A stretch of DNA of 64,000 nucleotides from an uncultured delta proteobacterium. GTDB lineage: Bacteria; Desulfobacterota; Binatia; UBA9968. The notes under the pieces are model-generated. The model was not told the DNA's origin. It searched no databases and saw only the letters and a program-made list of their open reading frames with translations. Positions within the stretch are counted from its first letter, which is position 1. The number at the start of each line of letters is the position of its first letter. The position numbers and the translations under genes are program-made. Positions 48,945 through 58,363 of the stretch are shown piece by piece. Where the stretch lies: the NCBI GenBank assembly GCA_963727625.1, contig CAVSHR010000002.1, forward strand, positions 448,001-512,000, read 5' to 3'.

Positions 48945-50507
48945 ATGAAGAACCGGGAAATCGCTGCCGCGTGGGCTTATCACAACGGCACCAAGCATTC
49001 GTACGAAAGCATTCGCAGAAGTCCGCACTATCTCGATTGGGAAAATCAGCCGCTGCCGTTCAAGATCTATCCCAAGCTAGAGCGGATACCTCTATACCCG
49101 CATCTCTCCTCTTCAGGTATGCCCGCGCTGTCCGCCATTGCCTCGGCCGGCGCGGTGCCGGATCAACCCTCGACTCCGACGGGCCAGCGTCTTGCGGAGA
49201 TTTTATTTCTCTCCGCCGGCATCACCAGGCGGCGCAGTTATCCCGGCGGCGAAATGCTTTTCCGCGCGGCGGCCTGCACCGGCGCGCTTTATCATATCGA
49301 TTTGTATGTCGTCTGCGGCGATATTGAGGATCTGGAAGCGGGAGTTTACCAATTCAGCCCGCAGGACTTCGCCTTGTGCAGACTGCGTGCCGGCGATTAT
49401 CGTTGTGTCCTGGTGAACGCCAGCGGTGAAGAGCCCGCGATGGTGAAGGCGCCCTGCGTGATCGTCAGCGTCTCCACGTTTTGGCGAAATGCATGGAAAT
49501 ACCAATCGCGCGCCTATCGGCATTGCTACTGGGATAACGGCACCCTTGTCGCCAATCTCTTGGCCGCTGCGGCTGCTCGCAAAGTGCCAGCGAAGCTAGT
49601 TCTCGGCTTCGTCGATGGGACAGTGAATCAGCTTTTGGCCTTGGATCGCCAGCGCGAGGCGCCACTTTCCCTGGTTGCGCTCGGCCATTCATCGGCAAAA
49701 AGGATCGATCCGTCTTTGCCGATCGCGCCGCTGGTGGCGGAAACGACGCCGTTGTCGAAGACCGAAGTCGATTATCCGGCGATGAGCGCGATGCACGAGG
49801 CATCATCGTTGGAAAGCGACGAGGAAGTTCGGACATGGCGCGAAGGGGCGGAAAAGGCGGAAGGCGAAAGGATAAAAGATGAAGGGGGAGAATCACGTCT
49901 GTTTCCGCTTCACCTCTTGCCAGATGAGGATCTCCCCCAGGACACCATCGAGGAAGTTATTACGCGGCGCGGCTCGACGCGCGAGTTTGTCCGTGAAGCG
50001 ATCAGCTTCGCGCAGCTCTCGATCATGCTCGATCGAGCCACGTGTGGCATAGACGCGGATTTTCTTTGCGACGCAGTCGCCTCGCTCAACGAGATTTATC
50101 TCATCGTCCACGCGGTGGACGGCTTGCCTGCGGGCGCTTTCGTTTATCGCCGTGATCTACCGGCATTGGAGCTTCTCAGAGAAGGCGACTTTCGCCGCGA
50201 GGCGGGTTATCTCGGCCTGGGTCAGGAGATCCCGGCGGACTGCAGCGTCAACATTTATTTTCTCGCCGATCTGAATTACGCTCTGGAGCGCTTCGGCAAT
50301 CGCGGTTACCGCGCCGCCCAGCTCGAAGCGGCGATCATGGGCGGCAGGCTTTACCTTGCCGCCTACGCCCAGCGCCTCGGCGCCTCCGGTCTCACCTTCT
50401 TCGATGACGACGTCACGGAGTTTTTCTCGCCCCACGCGGCCGGCAAGAGCGTGATGTTTCTGATCGCGGCGGGGAATTCGTTGAAGCGCAACGGCACAAA
50501 AGCATAA
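48945..50507 (+). CDS. SagB/ThcOx-family tandem nitroreductase-domain dehydrogenase
   Basis: YH..TKHS, R.A..GALY, WKY..RAYR...WD.G, RRGS.R.F, RGYR.AQLEA, GLTFFDD.V. Confidence 0.88.
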   Translation: MKNREIAAAWAYHNGTKHSYESIRRSPHYLDWENQPLPFKIYPKLERIPLYPHLSSSGMPALSAIASAGAVPDQPSTPTGQRLAEILFLSAGITRRRSYPGGEMLFRAAACTGALYHIDLYVVCGDIEDLEAGVYQFSPQDFALCRLRAGDYRCVLVNASGEEPAMVKAPCVIVSVSTFWRNAWKYQSRAYRHCYWDNGTLVANLLAAAAARKVPAKLVLGFVDGTVNQLLALDRQREAPLSLVALGHSSAKRIDPSLPIAPLVAETTPLSKTEVDYPAMSAMHEASSLESDEEVRTWREGAEKAEGERIKDEGGESRLFPLHLLPDEDLPQDTIEEVITRRGSTREFVREAISFAQLSIMLDRATCGIDADFLCDAVASLNEIYLIVHAVDGLPAGAFVYRRDLPALELLREGDFRREAGYLGLGQEIPADCSVNIYFLADLNYALERFGNRGYRAAQLEAAIMGGRLYLAAYAQRLGASGLTFFDDDVTEFFSPHAAGKSVMFLIAAGNSLKRNGTKA

Positions 50508-50543
50508 CCATTCGAGCCGTGATAGACCACGGCACGAAAAAGT

Positions 50544-51365
50544 TTATTGCATCACAGCGATGCCGTGATGCTGCAGCACGCGGATCTCGAGCGATGCCGG
50601 CAGGCCGTCCTTGCTCACCGCGAGCGTGTCGCCTTTTAAAAATTCTGTTTTTATTCCCACGGTGAATTGTTTCACCTGGTAGGCGTTATCGCGATAATGC
50701 ATCGGGATGGCGATCTTCGGCTTGAGCTGGGCTAGCACTTCTCTTGCTAGGTTCGGGTCCATGGTGCGCCGGCCGCCGATGGGTGTCAGGGCGACGTCGA
50801 TTTTGCCGAAGGCTTTGATTTGCTGCTCGTTGAGTTTCTGGCTCAAGTCGCCCAGATGGGCGATGCACAAGTTGCCTAAATCGAAGACGAATGCCGAGCC
50901 TTGGATGCCTTCTATAAACTCGGCGTTTTGATGGATCGGCACGTTATAGATGTAAGTGTCCTTGAAGCTCATGCTGATCGTGTTCCAGCCGGCGCCGAAG
51001 TCCTTGAGCCCGCGCAGGATCACCGGATTGCCCTGGACGATTTGCACGGCGTTGTGGTTGAACTGCTCTTTGCCCACGGTGACGATATCGCCGACGATGT
51101 TGGGTGTCGGATACCATCCGGGTCCCAGGGGGTCGGTGACGATGCGCGTGCCTTTGCTGGTGGTGATCAGAAAAAAATTGTGGCCGAAGTATTGAATCGT
51201 GGCATCGACATTTGCGGCGTAGGCAAGCGAGCCAAAGCCGCGGCGCGCGACATCCGGGTCTCGGCAGGCGGAATGAGCGGAAGCAATTACAGTGAGCAGT
51301 GAGGTGATGAAAAGCGCACAAGCAAAAGATAACGGTAGGGAGCTACTTTGATTAAAGCGCTTCAT
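50544..51365 (-). CDS. Secreted MBL-fold hydrolase-like protein with a degenerate metal motif
   Basis: Y.GH..FLI....G..I.TDP, HLGDL, IAIPMHY; the HxHxDH position reads KEQFNH. Confidence 0.78.
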   Translation of the reverse strand: MKRFNQSSSLPLSFACALFITSLLTVIASAHSACRDPDVARRGFGSLAYAANVDATIQYFGHNFFLITTSKGTRIVTDPLGPGWYPTPNIVGDIVTVGKEQFNHNAVQIVQGNPVILRGLKDFGAGWNTISMSFKDTYIYNVPIHQNAEFIEGIQGSAFVFDLGNLCIAHLGDLSQKLNEQQIKAFGKIDVALTPIGGRRTMDPNLAREVLAQLKPKIAIPMHYRDNAYQVKQFTVGIKTEFLKGDTLAVSKDGLPASLEIRVLQHHGIAVMQ

Positions 51366-51780
51366 GACGCCAACGACCACGATCGCGAGCACGGTTTTTC
51401 TCGCCACTCCCCGGATCCACGAAGACGAGGCTATTGGATTGAAACGGAAAAGACAATCGCTGACTCTGTCGCGTTGAAAGTTACTGTGAGCCGAAGCTTT
51501 TTCCGGCAGCCACGAAGCCCATCAGATCGCGCAGCTCCGGTTTTTGGGACCTATTCACGATCCAATTTCTCGTTGGGCATCGGATGTTCGCCGATGTGGC
51601 TGCACTGCTCAGGAGGAGGCTTGAGGGGGTCGATCCACCGAAGCTGTTCGCGTGATGCTTGGATAGGATCGACCGGATCAATCGTTCTGGGCTATTGGTG
51701 GAACAACAGCTTAGATAGCCGAACGTGAGCGAGGTCAGGACCGTTTGCTAGGACCAATTCACAAGATTGCTCAGCGAAGG

Positions 51781-53124
51781 CTAGGAGTTTTTTATTATTT
51801 TTCCGTAGATTTGTCTGGCATCCTGAAGGTTCTGATAGACCACTTCGCCATTTTGAGCTTGTTCGTTCTTGCGAGCTGCTTTGACAACCGCCAATATCGC
51901 AATCGGAAGCAAGATCAGCATCACAAATATCAAAGAAATCCAAATACCCAATCGGGAAATTTCTTTTCGAAAAGACGATCTGCCCGCGGACCTCGCGGTC
52001 CCAGCTCCTTGATTTCCGGCCGCAGCGCGTACAGTCGCGCCACTACCGGAGGCACTGCCCGAGATGCCAGCCGAGGCGCTGCCGGTATTACCATCCGATC
52101 CGGTATCCGAACCAGCGGCCGAATCGCCACCCGAGCCTCCGGCAGCACCAGACCCGCCATTTGAACCGCTGCCGAAGCCGCCGCCACTGCCACCCCCCGA
52201 ACTGCTGCCGGAACCACTGCCGGAGCCGCCAACCGAGCCACCGCCCGAACCGCTACCACTCGTACCGCCCGAACCACTTCCCGAGCCACCCCCTGAACCG
52301 GTAACGGAGCCACCGCCAGACCCACTGCCCGAACCACCACCACTGCTACCGCCTGAGCCGTTGCCGCTACCACCAATTGAACCGCTACCCGACCCGCCCC
52401 CTGAGCCACCAGCAGACCCACTGCCGGAGCCGCCAACCGAGCCACCGCCCGAACCGCTACCACTCGTACCGCCCGAACCACTTCCCGAGCCACCCCCTGA
52501 ACCGGTAACGGAGCCACCGCCAGACCCACTGCCCGAACCACCACCACTGCTACCGCCCGAGCCGTTGCCGCTACCACCAATTGAACCGCTACCCGACCCG
52601 CCCCCTGAGCCACCAGCAGACCCACTGCCGGAGCCGCCAACCGAGCCACTGCCCGAACCGCTACCACTCGTACCGCCCGAACCACTTCCCGAGCCACCCC
52701 CTGAACCGGTAACGGAGCCACCGCCAGACCCACTGCCCGAACCACCACCACTGCTACCGCCCGAGCCGTTGCCGCTACCACCAATTGAACCGCTACCCGA
52801 CCCGCCCCCTGAGCCGCCAGCAGACCCACCGCCAGAGCCGCCACCCGACCCACCACCCGAGCCACCGCCCGAACTCCCTCCAGAGCCGCTGCCGGAACCG
52901 GCTCCGCTGGTACCGCCAGATCCTGCGCCCGACCCGCCGCCCGTCGCGGAAATAGAACCACCGACGTCATTCCAAGCGGTTTGTAAACCTTGACCGATAT
53001 TTGTGTCGCGGATCCCCAACCAAAAGATCAGAGCGACTAGAAGCACGATAATCGTGTATTCAACCACACCTTGACCGCTGTGGTTCAAAACGAGTCTTTT
53101 CTCAAAGGATGCTAGGCTTTCCAT
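51781..53124 (-). CDS. Flp-type (IVb/c) prepilin fused to a Gly/Ser repeat region and a C-terminal TM helix
   Basis: 16-aa leader then G|QGVVEY and a hydrophobic helix; about 300 aa Gly/Ser; TM helix LGIWISLIFVMLILLPIAILAVV. Confidence 0.8.
   Translation of the reverse strand: MESLASFEKRLVLNHSGQGVVEYTIIVLLVALIFWLGIRDTNIGQGLQTAWNDVGGSISATGGGSGAGSGGTSGAGSGSGSGGSSGGGSGGGSGGGSGGGSAGGSGGGSGSGSIGGSGNGSGGSSGGGSGSGSGGGSVTGSGGGSGSGSGGTSGSGSGSGSVGGSGSGSAGGSGGGSGSGSIGGSGNGSGGSSGGGSGSGSGGGSVTGSGGGSGSGSGGTSGSGSGGGSVGGSGSGSAGGSGGGSGSGSIGGSGNGSGGSSGGGSGSGSGGGSVTGSGGGSGSGSGGTSGSGSGGGSVGGSGSGSGSSSGGGSGGGFGSGSNGGSGAAGGSGGDSAAGSDTGSDGNTGSASAGISGSASGSGATVRAAAGNQGAGTARSAGRSSFRKEISRLGIWISLIFVMLILLPIAILAVVKAARKNEQAQNGEVVYQNLQDARQIYGKIIKNS
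52214..52828 (-). repeat. Three near-identical 204-bp (68-aa) Gly/Ser tandem repeats
   Basis: Anchor caccaattgaaccgctaccc at 52371, 52575 and 52779. Confidence 0.92.
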
Positions 53125-53156
53125 GTAAGTTGCTTCCCTTCGAATCTCTGTAACTG

Positions 53157-53172
53157 AGCAATCTACAGGCCA
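53157..53172 (-). promoter_or_regulatory. Sigma54 (-24/-12) promoter of the pilin gene
   Basis: Minus strand TGGCCTGTAGATTGCT (GG-N10-GC), about 30 nt upstream of the ATG. Confidence 0.7.
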
Positions 53173-53796
53173 ACGCGATTGACCCCCAATTGAGGTGAAA
53201 AGCGTGCTCGTTATCGTGGGATGAATGGAAAATCTGAGGAATCTGGACCCGATAAATGCGCCACCGGGCTTTTTTGCCGCGGTTTTCCAGGTCGCTGAAT
53301 GATGTGACTAGTGTCAAAATTGGCAGGTACAAATTTTCCACGTGAAAGAGCTGTCGTGACTAGCGAATTGCTATGAGTTTTTTGAAATACGTCACGAGCC
53401 GACCCGTTCGATTGGGGTTGTAATTGGGAGGTCAAGGGATTTTACGGCAGGCTTTTTGCCCTTGGTCTTATGATGCTAGACCAAACCGCCCGCCGCAAAG
53501 GACTTTTGCGATTGCTCGCGCGAGAATCAAGACCGACAGAATGAGATCTATGAATTACAGCTTTGCTGCCCGCCGCTCATACCCCAACTCAAGCTGTCCG
53601 AGATAGGCGGACCGTGCCCCGGCTGTTAGCTCGAGCCGCTTGGATTGTTCGATCGTTTCGTGATCGAATTTCTCGCCAAAAGCTGGTTGTCTCCCAAGCC
53701 ATTCATGCTCCACAATACTCCACATGGCGTGAATAGAGTTGCAAAAGTCCTCGCGGTTAAACGGTTAAAGAACGCAACTCTGTCGACAGCGGCAAG

Positions 53797-54444
53797 TTAC
53801 TTAGATGGAGTCGTAAACAACGCTTCGTTGGTGTAGCCAGAACTTCCAATAATATTGACCGCTTTAATCCGGTAGAGATAGCTCCGATTCGGTAAAACTG
53901 AATGATCAACGAAGCCGGTGATATTAGCTCCGACCTTGCCGACCATCGTCCACGAGCCGGTACAGTATGCGAGTTTTTTGGGGCCGTCGCGTTTGAGGCT
54001 TATTTGATCGCAGCGCTCGATGACGAAACCCTGCTCGTTGTTTGAGTTGTCGGACCAGGCGAGCCGAACGGATACAGCAGACGCTTTCGTGGGTTCGACC
54101 GCGCTCTCCCGAGGTTTAGTTTCGCTCGTGCCGCACTGTTCAACGCGCGTACCGTTGGCATTCCGCGATGCCACGCATGTTGCTTGCCGATTTCCGGCGG
54201 CGTCGCCGGAAACCATGGCCACCGCCTTGCACGCCATAACGCCGAGCATAGAACACTCCTCGATGGGTTCCCCTCGAAGGGGAAATTGCGCCATTGGCGC
54301 CGGGCCCCTTTGGGGTTCGGTGGAGCAGGTTGAAAGCGCAGTGATGAAGATCGCGCTTAGGCAGAGCGAGACCGTCCATCCGCGGGGATCAACCCGACGC
54401 GTATCGAACTTTGGCGACGCAGGGAGTTTTTGTTGGCGTGTCAT
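53797..54444 (-). CDS. Putative lipoprotein with a C-terminal fibronectin type III domain
   Basis: Hydrophobic segment ending LSTC; V.LAWSDNSNNE.GFVIER...G.N.T.F.D..V.PN..Y.YRI.A.N..G.S.Y.N. Confidence 0.75.
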   Translation of the reverse strand: MTRQQKLPASPKFDTRRVDPRGWTVSLCLSAIFITALSTCSTEPQRGPAPMAQFPLRGEPIEECSMLGVMACKAVAMVSGDAAGNRQATCVASRNANGTRVEQCGTSETKPRESAVEPTKASAVSVRLAWSDNSNNEQGFVIERCDQISLKRDGPKKLAYCTGSWTMVGKVGANITGFVDHSVLPNRSYLYRIKAVNIIGSSGYTNEALFTTPSK

Positions 54445-54862
54445 TGCCCGGTATCAAATCTGGCGCTATCCCAATTTCCGTGCGAGTAATGGTTGTTTAT
54501 AGCTTGAGATGCTCGTGTTCAATCGTACCAGGCGATCCATCGGGTAAAATGGGGGATGATGCGGATTAACCAAGCGCAATCCGAACTTGAGTTGGGCAAC
54601 CTCAGCCGGCACAGTGCGTCGATTCGGTGGATCTGTTACCCTGTCCTATCGTGCGTCGTCTGTAGGCCCAATCGTAGATGATTCTAAAGTTTGAACAGGA
54701 GCCAAAAAGCGCCGATACGAGGTCAAGCGCGCATGTTGGAACAGTGCTCTACGCTTGGCGCCATAAGGTACGGCGCTGTCTCGACACGATCCGGCGACAC
54801 CGCCGTCCAACGACGGTCAGCAGGCGCAGCGGAAACTCAACCACCGCAGGGAGGCATCTAAA

Positions 54863-55231
54863 TTGAAAACCAATGGCTCGATCCTTTGTTTATGCGGAAT
54901 CGTCGTTTTGTTTATTTTAACGGTTACCTATTTGCCGCAGAGTGAATTCGTTTTTGCTCAAGGCTTCGGGCAAGACCCAAAAAAAGAGACTCAAGAGCCA
55001 AAAAAGAGTTCCCCTGGTTTTGAGGATGATCAGAGTGCCATGTGTCTCTCTGCCCAGCGGCAAGCGAAACAGATTGCGTCAATCGTTGAAGCTTATTCCC
55101 GCCGATTGGCTGCGTGTGCGACTTCCAATCCTAGCTTTCGCGCCGATTGTTCGATCGATTTTAGGCGGTTGGTCTCGAGCTATAATCAGTACGAGCTTGC
55201 CGTGTCGTCGGTGCGCAACTACTGTAAGTAA
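54863..55231 (+). CDS. Hypothetical secreted or membrane-anchored protein with four Cys in its C-terminal half
   Basis: GGAGG RBS, TTG start, N-terminal hydrophobic segment, helical C-terminus. Confidence 0.6.
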   Translation: MKTNGSILCLCGIVVLFILTVTYLPQSEFVFAQGFGQDPKKETQEPKKSSPGFEDDQSAMCLSAQRQAKQIASIVEAYSRRLAACATSNPSFRADCSIDFRRLVSSYNQYELAVSSVRNYCK

Positions 55232-55279
55232 TGGGGGAGGGAAGAAAGGACCTCGCGAACCTTTTTCCTTCTTGGCAGC

Positions 55280-55535
55280 CTACGGGGTGGCGTAGAAAAG
55301 CACCGCGTTGTTGTAGAGCATCTGGCGCTTATGGGCTTCCGAAAGATCCCTTCTGTCGAGGAGAGCGTCGGCGGCGTTGTCGCGGCCTTCACCGTGCGGG
55401 AAGTCCGAAGAAAAAAGGATCTGCTTCTCGCCGATCAACGCGATCTCTTGCGGCAGCATCGGATCGTGAGCTTCGGGCGAAACAGAAAGTTGCCCGGAGC
55501 TCAAGTATTTTTCGATCGCCTTTTGTGAAATTCTG
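55280..55535 (-). pseudogene. C-terminal fragment of an amidohydrolase-2 family protein
   Basis: IG..QILFSSDFPH.E.....L..R.DLSE..KR.ML..NA..FY; the N-terminal majority is absent. Confidence 0.75.
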
Positions 55536-55794
55536 GGGATACAATGCTGATTTAACCCTGCGTTATCTTTTTCCCCTTTCACACCGCAATCGAATCCTCA
55601 TGCGACCGCAAAAAATTCTCCCACGCCGAACGCGACGGCGCGACTTGTTCTTGTAGCTTCTACTTGCCGCGTTCGCTGATCGGCGTGAATTGACGCGGCG
55701 TGGCGGTCTTGTTCCAGCGGCAACATAAGCCGCAGGCGATTATGATGCCGGTAACGAGTTGGCTGAGCAGGCGCGCATCGCCAATCTGTTTCGA

Positions 55795-56841
55795 CTACGC
55801 TGCACGACTGCTCGTCCGGCGCAGCGCGACGCTGGCGATCCATGCCAGTAGGAGGATCGCTGCGATCAAGCTGAGCAGAAAAAACACGAAGCTGGCCCAT
55901 TCGCCGCGCACCGGCATTTTGGAGGGATCGAACCATTTTACTAGCTCGGTGAATTGCACCCACTGGCGGGCGATGGCGTTGGCGGCGAGGACGACGAGCT
56001 GCGTGACAACCAGCGCAACGCCTGTGGCGCGCGTCGGCTTGCGCCGGTAGGCGATGGCGAGCAGCGCGCCGCCGATCACGGCGCCGCCAGCGATGCCGAA
56101 CCAGAGACCCGGAAGTTTTTGCATGACCGAGGCGGCGTAGATGGCGCCGGCGGCGCCGTATACCAACGCGCCGAGGAGATAGAGTAAGACCAGGCTGCGC
56201 ACGTCGCTCTTATAATTTGCCTCTTGAGTGAAGCATTCGGCGTCCAGCACGAGATACGCGGCCAGGGTGCCGAAGGCCATGCCGACGACCAGGAGAAAGC
56301 GCAGGATCACTTCGAGATCGAGAAAGAGGTGAAATCCATAGGTCGCCCCACCTTGATTAGCGCTCAAAAAGATTTTCGCCCATTCCTGGGGATTGGCCGT
56401 GAGCGTCATGGCGGATGAAAACATCAGTCCGATGATCGACAAGAGGATCGTTGCGGTGAGCGCGGTGGCGACGCGGAACTTGCCGAAGCTGGCTAAATAA
56501 ACGGCGTAGTAGGCGACCAGCAGCAACGGGATGACGAAAAACCAGAACCAGGCTTGCAGAATCGTCGCGGGATAAAAAAACTGCGGATAGATCGTCTGCA
56601 AAAACAGCAGCGGCACGATGCCGGCGTTGATGCCGAAGGCCATGAAAAAAGGCAGAGCGTGAAATAGACGTTCAGCCACCGCCGGCTTGGAACGGAGCAG
56701 ATAGAGCGCGGTGGGCAGGCCGGCCACCCAGAGATTCATGAAGATCAGGTGCAGGAAAAAGCCGAAGACCTTGAGCGCGAGCAGTATCCACAAAGGCACC
56801 GGCAGGCCCAACGGGTCGGGCGCGGGAATCAAAGCCATCAT
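55795..56841 (-). CDS. Polytopic membrane protein, CydA-related partner subunit
   Basis: IP..DP.GLP.P, F.LH..FMN, GI..GI.PLLFLQ..Y..FFY.A; overlaps the upstream stop codon. Confidence 0.7.
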   Translation of the reverse strand: MMALIPAPDPLGLPVPLWILLALKVFGFFLHLIFMNLWVAGLPTALYLLRSKPAVAERLFHALPFFMAFGINAGIVPLLFLQTIYPQFFYPATILQAWFWFFVIPLLLVAYYAVYLASFGKFRVATALTATILLSIIGLMFSSAMTLTANPQEWAKIFLSANQGGATYGFHLFLDLEVILRFLLVVGMAFGTLAAYLVLDAECFTQEANYKSDVRSLVLLYLLGALVYGAAGAIYAASVMQKLPGLWFGIAGGAVIGGALLAIAYRRKPTRATGVALVVTQLVVLAANAIARQWVQFTELVKWFDPSKMPVRGEWASFVFFLLSLIAAILLLAWIASVALRRTSSRAA

Positions 56842-58163
56842 TTTGCATGCGCCTCGCGATTGAGCTCGACGAGATAAGCCGCCAAAGCATCGCGCTCGGC
56901 GTCGGTGCCGAGCCAGGGCGGCATGGCCGGATTGGTGCGGTGCAGATTGCGCACCGCGTCGCCGATCAATTCCGGCGTCCAGGGATAGATGATCGGCGTA
57001 ATGCCGTTGTAGCCGTAGAAGGCATGGCAGGAGCCGCAGTGATATTGAAAGATTCCCGCGCCGGCGGCGACCAGGCGGGCATTTTCTCCTGCCGTGCGAC
57101 TAACATTTTGGGTCGCGTTTCTGAGATGAAACCTGAGCCAGCGGCTGTGGGCGATAAAGCCTTCGCGCTGCAGCGTCGGAATCTGCTCGACTCGTACGCC
57201 CGGCGCGATCAGATAATTTTCGATGCGATAGGGTTTGCGCGCGCCCTCACGGACGAATTCGCCCGTGGTGGTGGCGACCGCGCCAGCGAGCAAGAGCAAG
57301 AGCGCGCTCGGCGGCGTGATCCAGCGCGCGCCGGAGACTATGCCCCAGGCCAGCGCGGCGATGACCATCAGGGCGACGGAAAAATTGAGCGCGGTCATGA
57401 TCAACAGGATCGGCGCGCGCAACATGTTCAGCTTGGCATTGTCAGGGGTCACGATCAGATACCAAACGCTGCCGACCGCGATCAGCGCCATGCCGGCGAG
57501 CGCCCACTGGGAGACCGAGCGAATGACACCGTCTTTCAAATCCGAGCGGTCCGATTGAAACGAGGCGTGAAAGGCGATGCCGAGAGCCGCAATGACGATC
57601 GACCCCCCGGTGCGCAGCAGCGTTTGCGGCAGGAACGACGGATTGAACAACGCGGCGAAAAAACTTTGCTCCTTGGTCCAGCCGCCGGAGGTGAGCATGA
57701 ACGCGGTGATGCCGGTGATGATGACAAGACTCACCCAGGCGGCGCCGGCGTAGATCCAGCCGATGATCACATGCTCGCGCGGCGTCGCCCGGTCCCAGAG
57801 ATAGTAAAAGGCGAAAGCCGCAGCGATCTCTACGACAAAGGCCGCCCACTCCGCGGCCCAGCCGAAAACGAATATATGAATCAGCGCGCTGGTGGTTTCC
57901 GGGCTCGCCAGGCCGATGGTCCACCAGATGCCGACCCCGGTGACCGCTCCGAAAACCACGGTGATCAGGATGAAAAAACGCGCCAGACCGCGCAGGTAAA
58001 CGAGCGTCTCGGCGTCATGATCGCGGCGGGCGCGGCGCACCAGGTCAGCGAGCAAAATGCCGGCGCCGACGGCGAACTGGGCGACGATGACATGGGGCAC
58101 CGCGATCAGCGGAATGAGCATCGGCGCGGTCAAGAAGGGGACGTACCAGAAAGGAAATTCCAT
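56838..58163 (-). CDS. Cytochrome bd subunit I-like protein with a C-terminal c-type heme domain
   Basis: HV..AQFAVG.G, GAVTGVGIW, F.F.WA.EW..F..E, I..I..FML, EF.REG.RKPY, then CGSCH...MPP. Confidence 0.85.
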   Translation of the reverse strand: MEFPFWYVPFLTAPMLIPLIAVPHVIVAQFAVGAGILLADLVRRARRDHDAETLVYLRGLARFFILITVVFGAVTGVGIWWTIGLASPETTSALIHIFVFGWAAEWAAFVVEIAAAFAFYYLWDRATPREHVIIGWIYAGAAWVSLVIITGITAFMLTSGGWTKEQSFFAALFNPSFLPQTLLRTGGSIVIAALGIAFHASFQSDRSDLKDGVIRSVSQWALAGMALIAVGSVWYLIVTPDNAKLNMLRAPILLIMTALNFSVALMVIAALAWGIVSGARWITPPSALLLLLAGAVATTTGEFVREGARKPYRIENYLIAPGVRVEQIPTLQREGFIAHSRWLRFHLRNATQNVSRTAGENARLVAAGAGIFQYHCGSCHAFYGYNGITPIIYPWTPELIGDAVRNLHRTNPAMPPWLGTDAERDALAAYLVELNREAHAK

Positions 58164-58363
58164 AACTCTCTTACTTTCAGGCTAATCAATTGCTCGTGTG
58201 ATCACAACGATGTGCACCGTAGAGTTGCGCTGCGGTTGGCGCGGCACTGCAGGCATATTGCTCATCAGGCTATGCGGACCCTGCCCCAGCACGGCCCTTG
58301 AGACAACCGGCAGTATTCTGTATTTAAAAGGCTTACACGTAAACCAGCCCAAGCGAGGGAACC

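Noticed and set aside
48945-50507. SagB/ThcOx gene as part of an azole-RiPP cluster
   Set aside because: No YcaO, E1-like protein or precursor peptide nearby; stand-alone members of this family are common.
52214-52828. Tandem repeats as a possible CRISPR array
   Set aside because: In-frame 204-bp coding repeats with no unique spacers, and no cas genes in the window.
52064-52993. 309-aa Pro/Glu-rich plus-strand ORF, and the 346-aa Val/Ala ORF at 51930..52970
   Set aside because: Antisense and alternate-frame shadows of the Gly/Ser repeat. Only the 51781..53124 frame has a prepilin motif and a promoter.
53400-54700. Possible c-di-GMP riboswitch near the pilin and FN3 genes; a short shared cttgagttggg motif
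   Set aside because: I could not identify the conserved GEMM stem arrangement, and an 11-bp match may be chance.
58237-58252. Sigma54-like TGGCGCGGCACTGCA upstream of the ThDP enzyme
   Set aside because: GG-to-GC spacing is 9 rather than the required 10.
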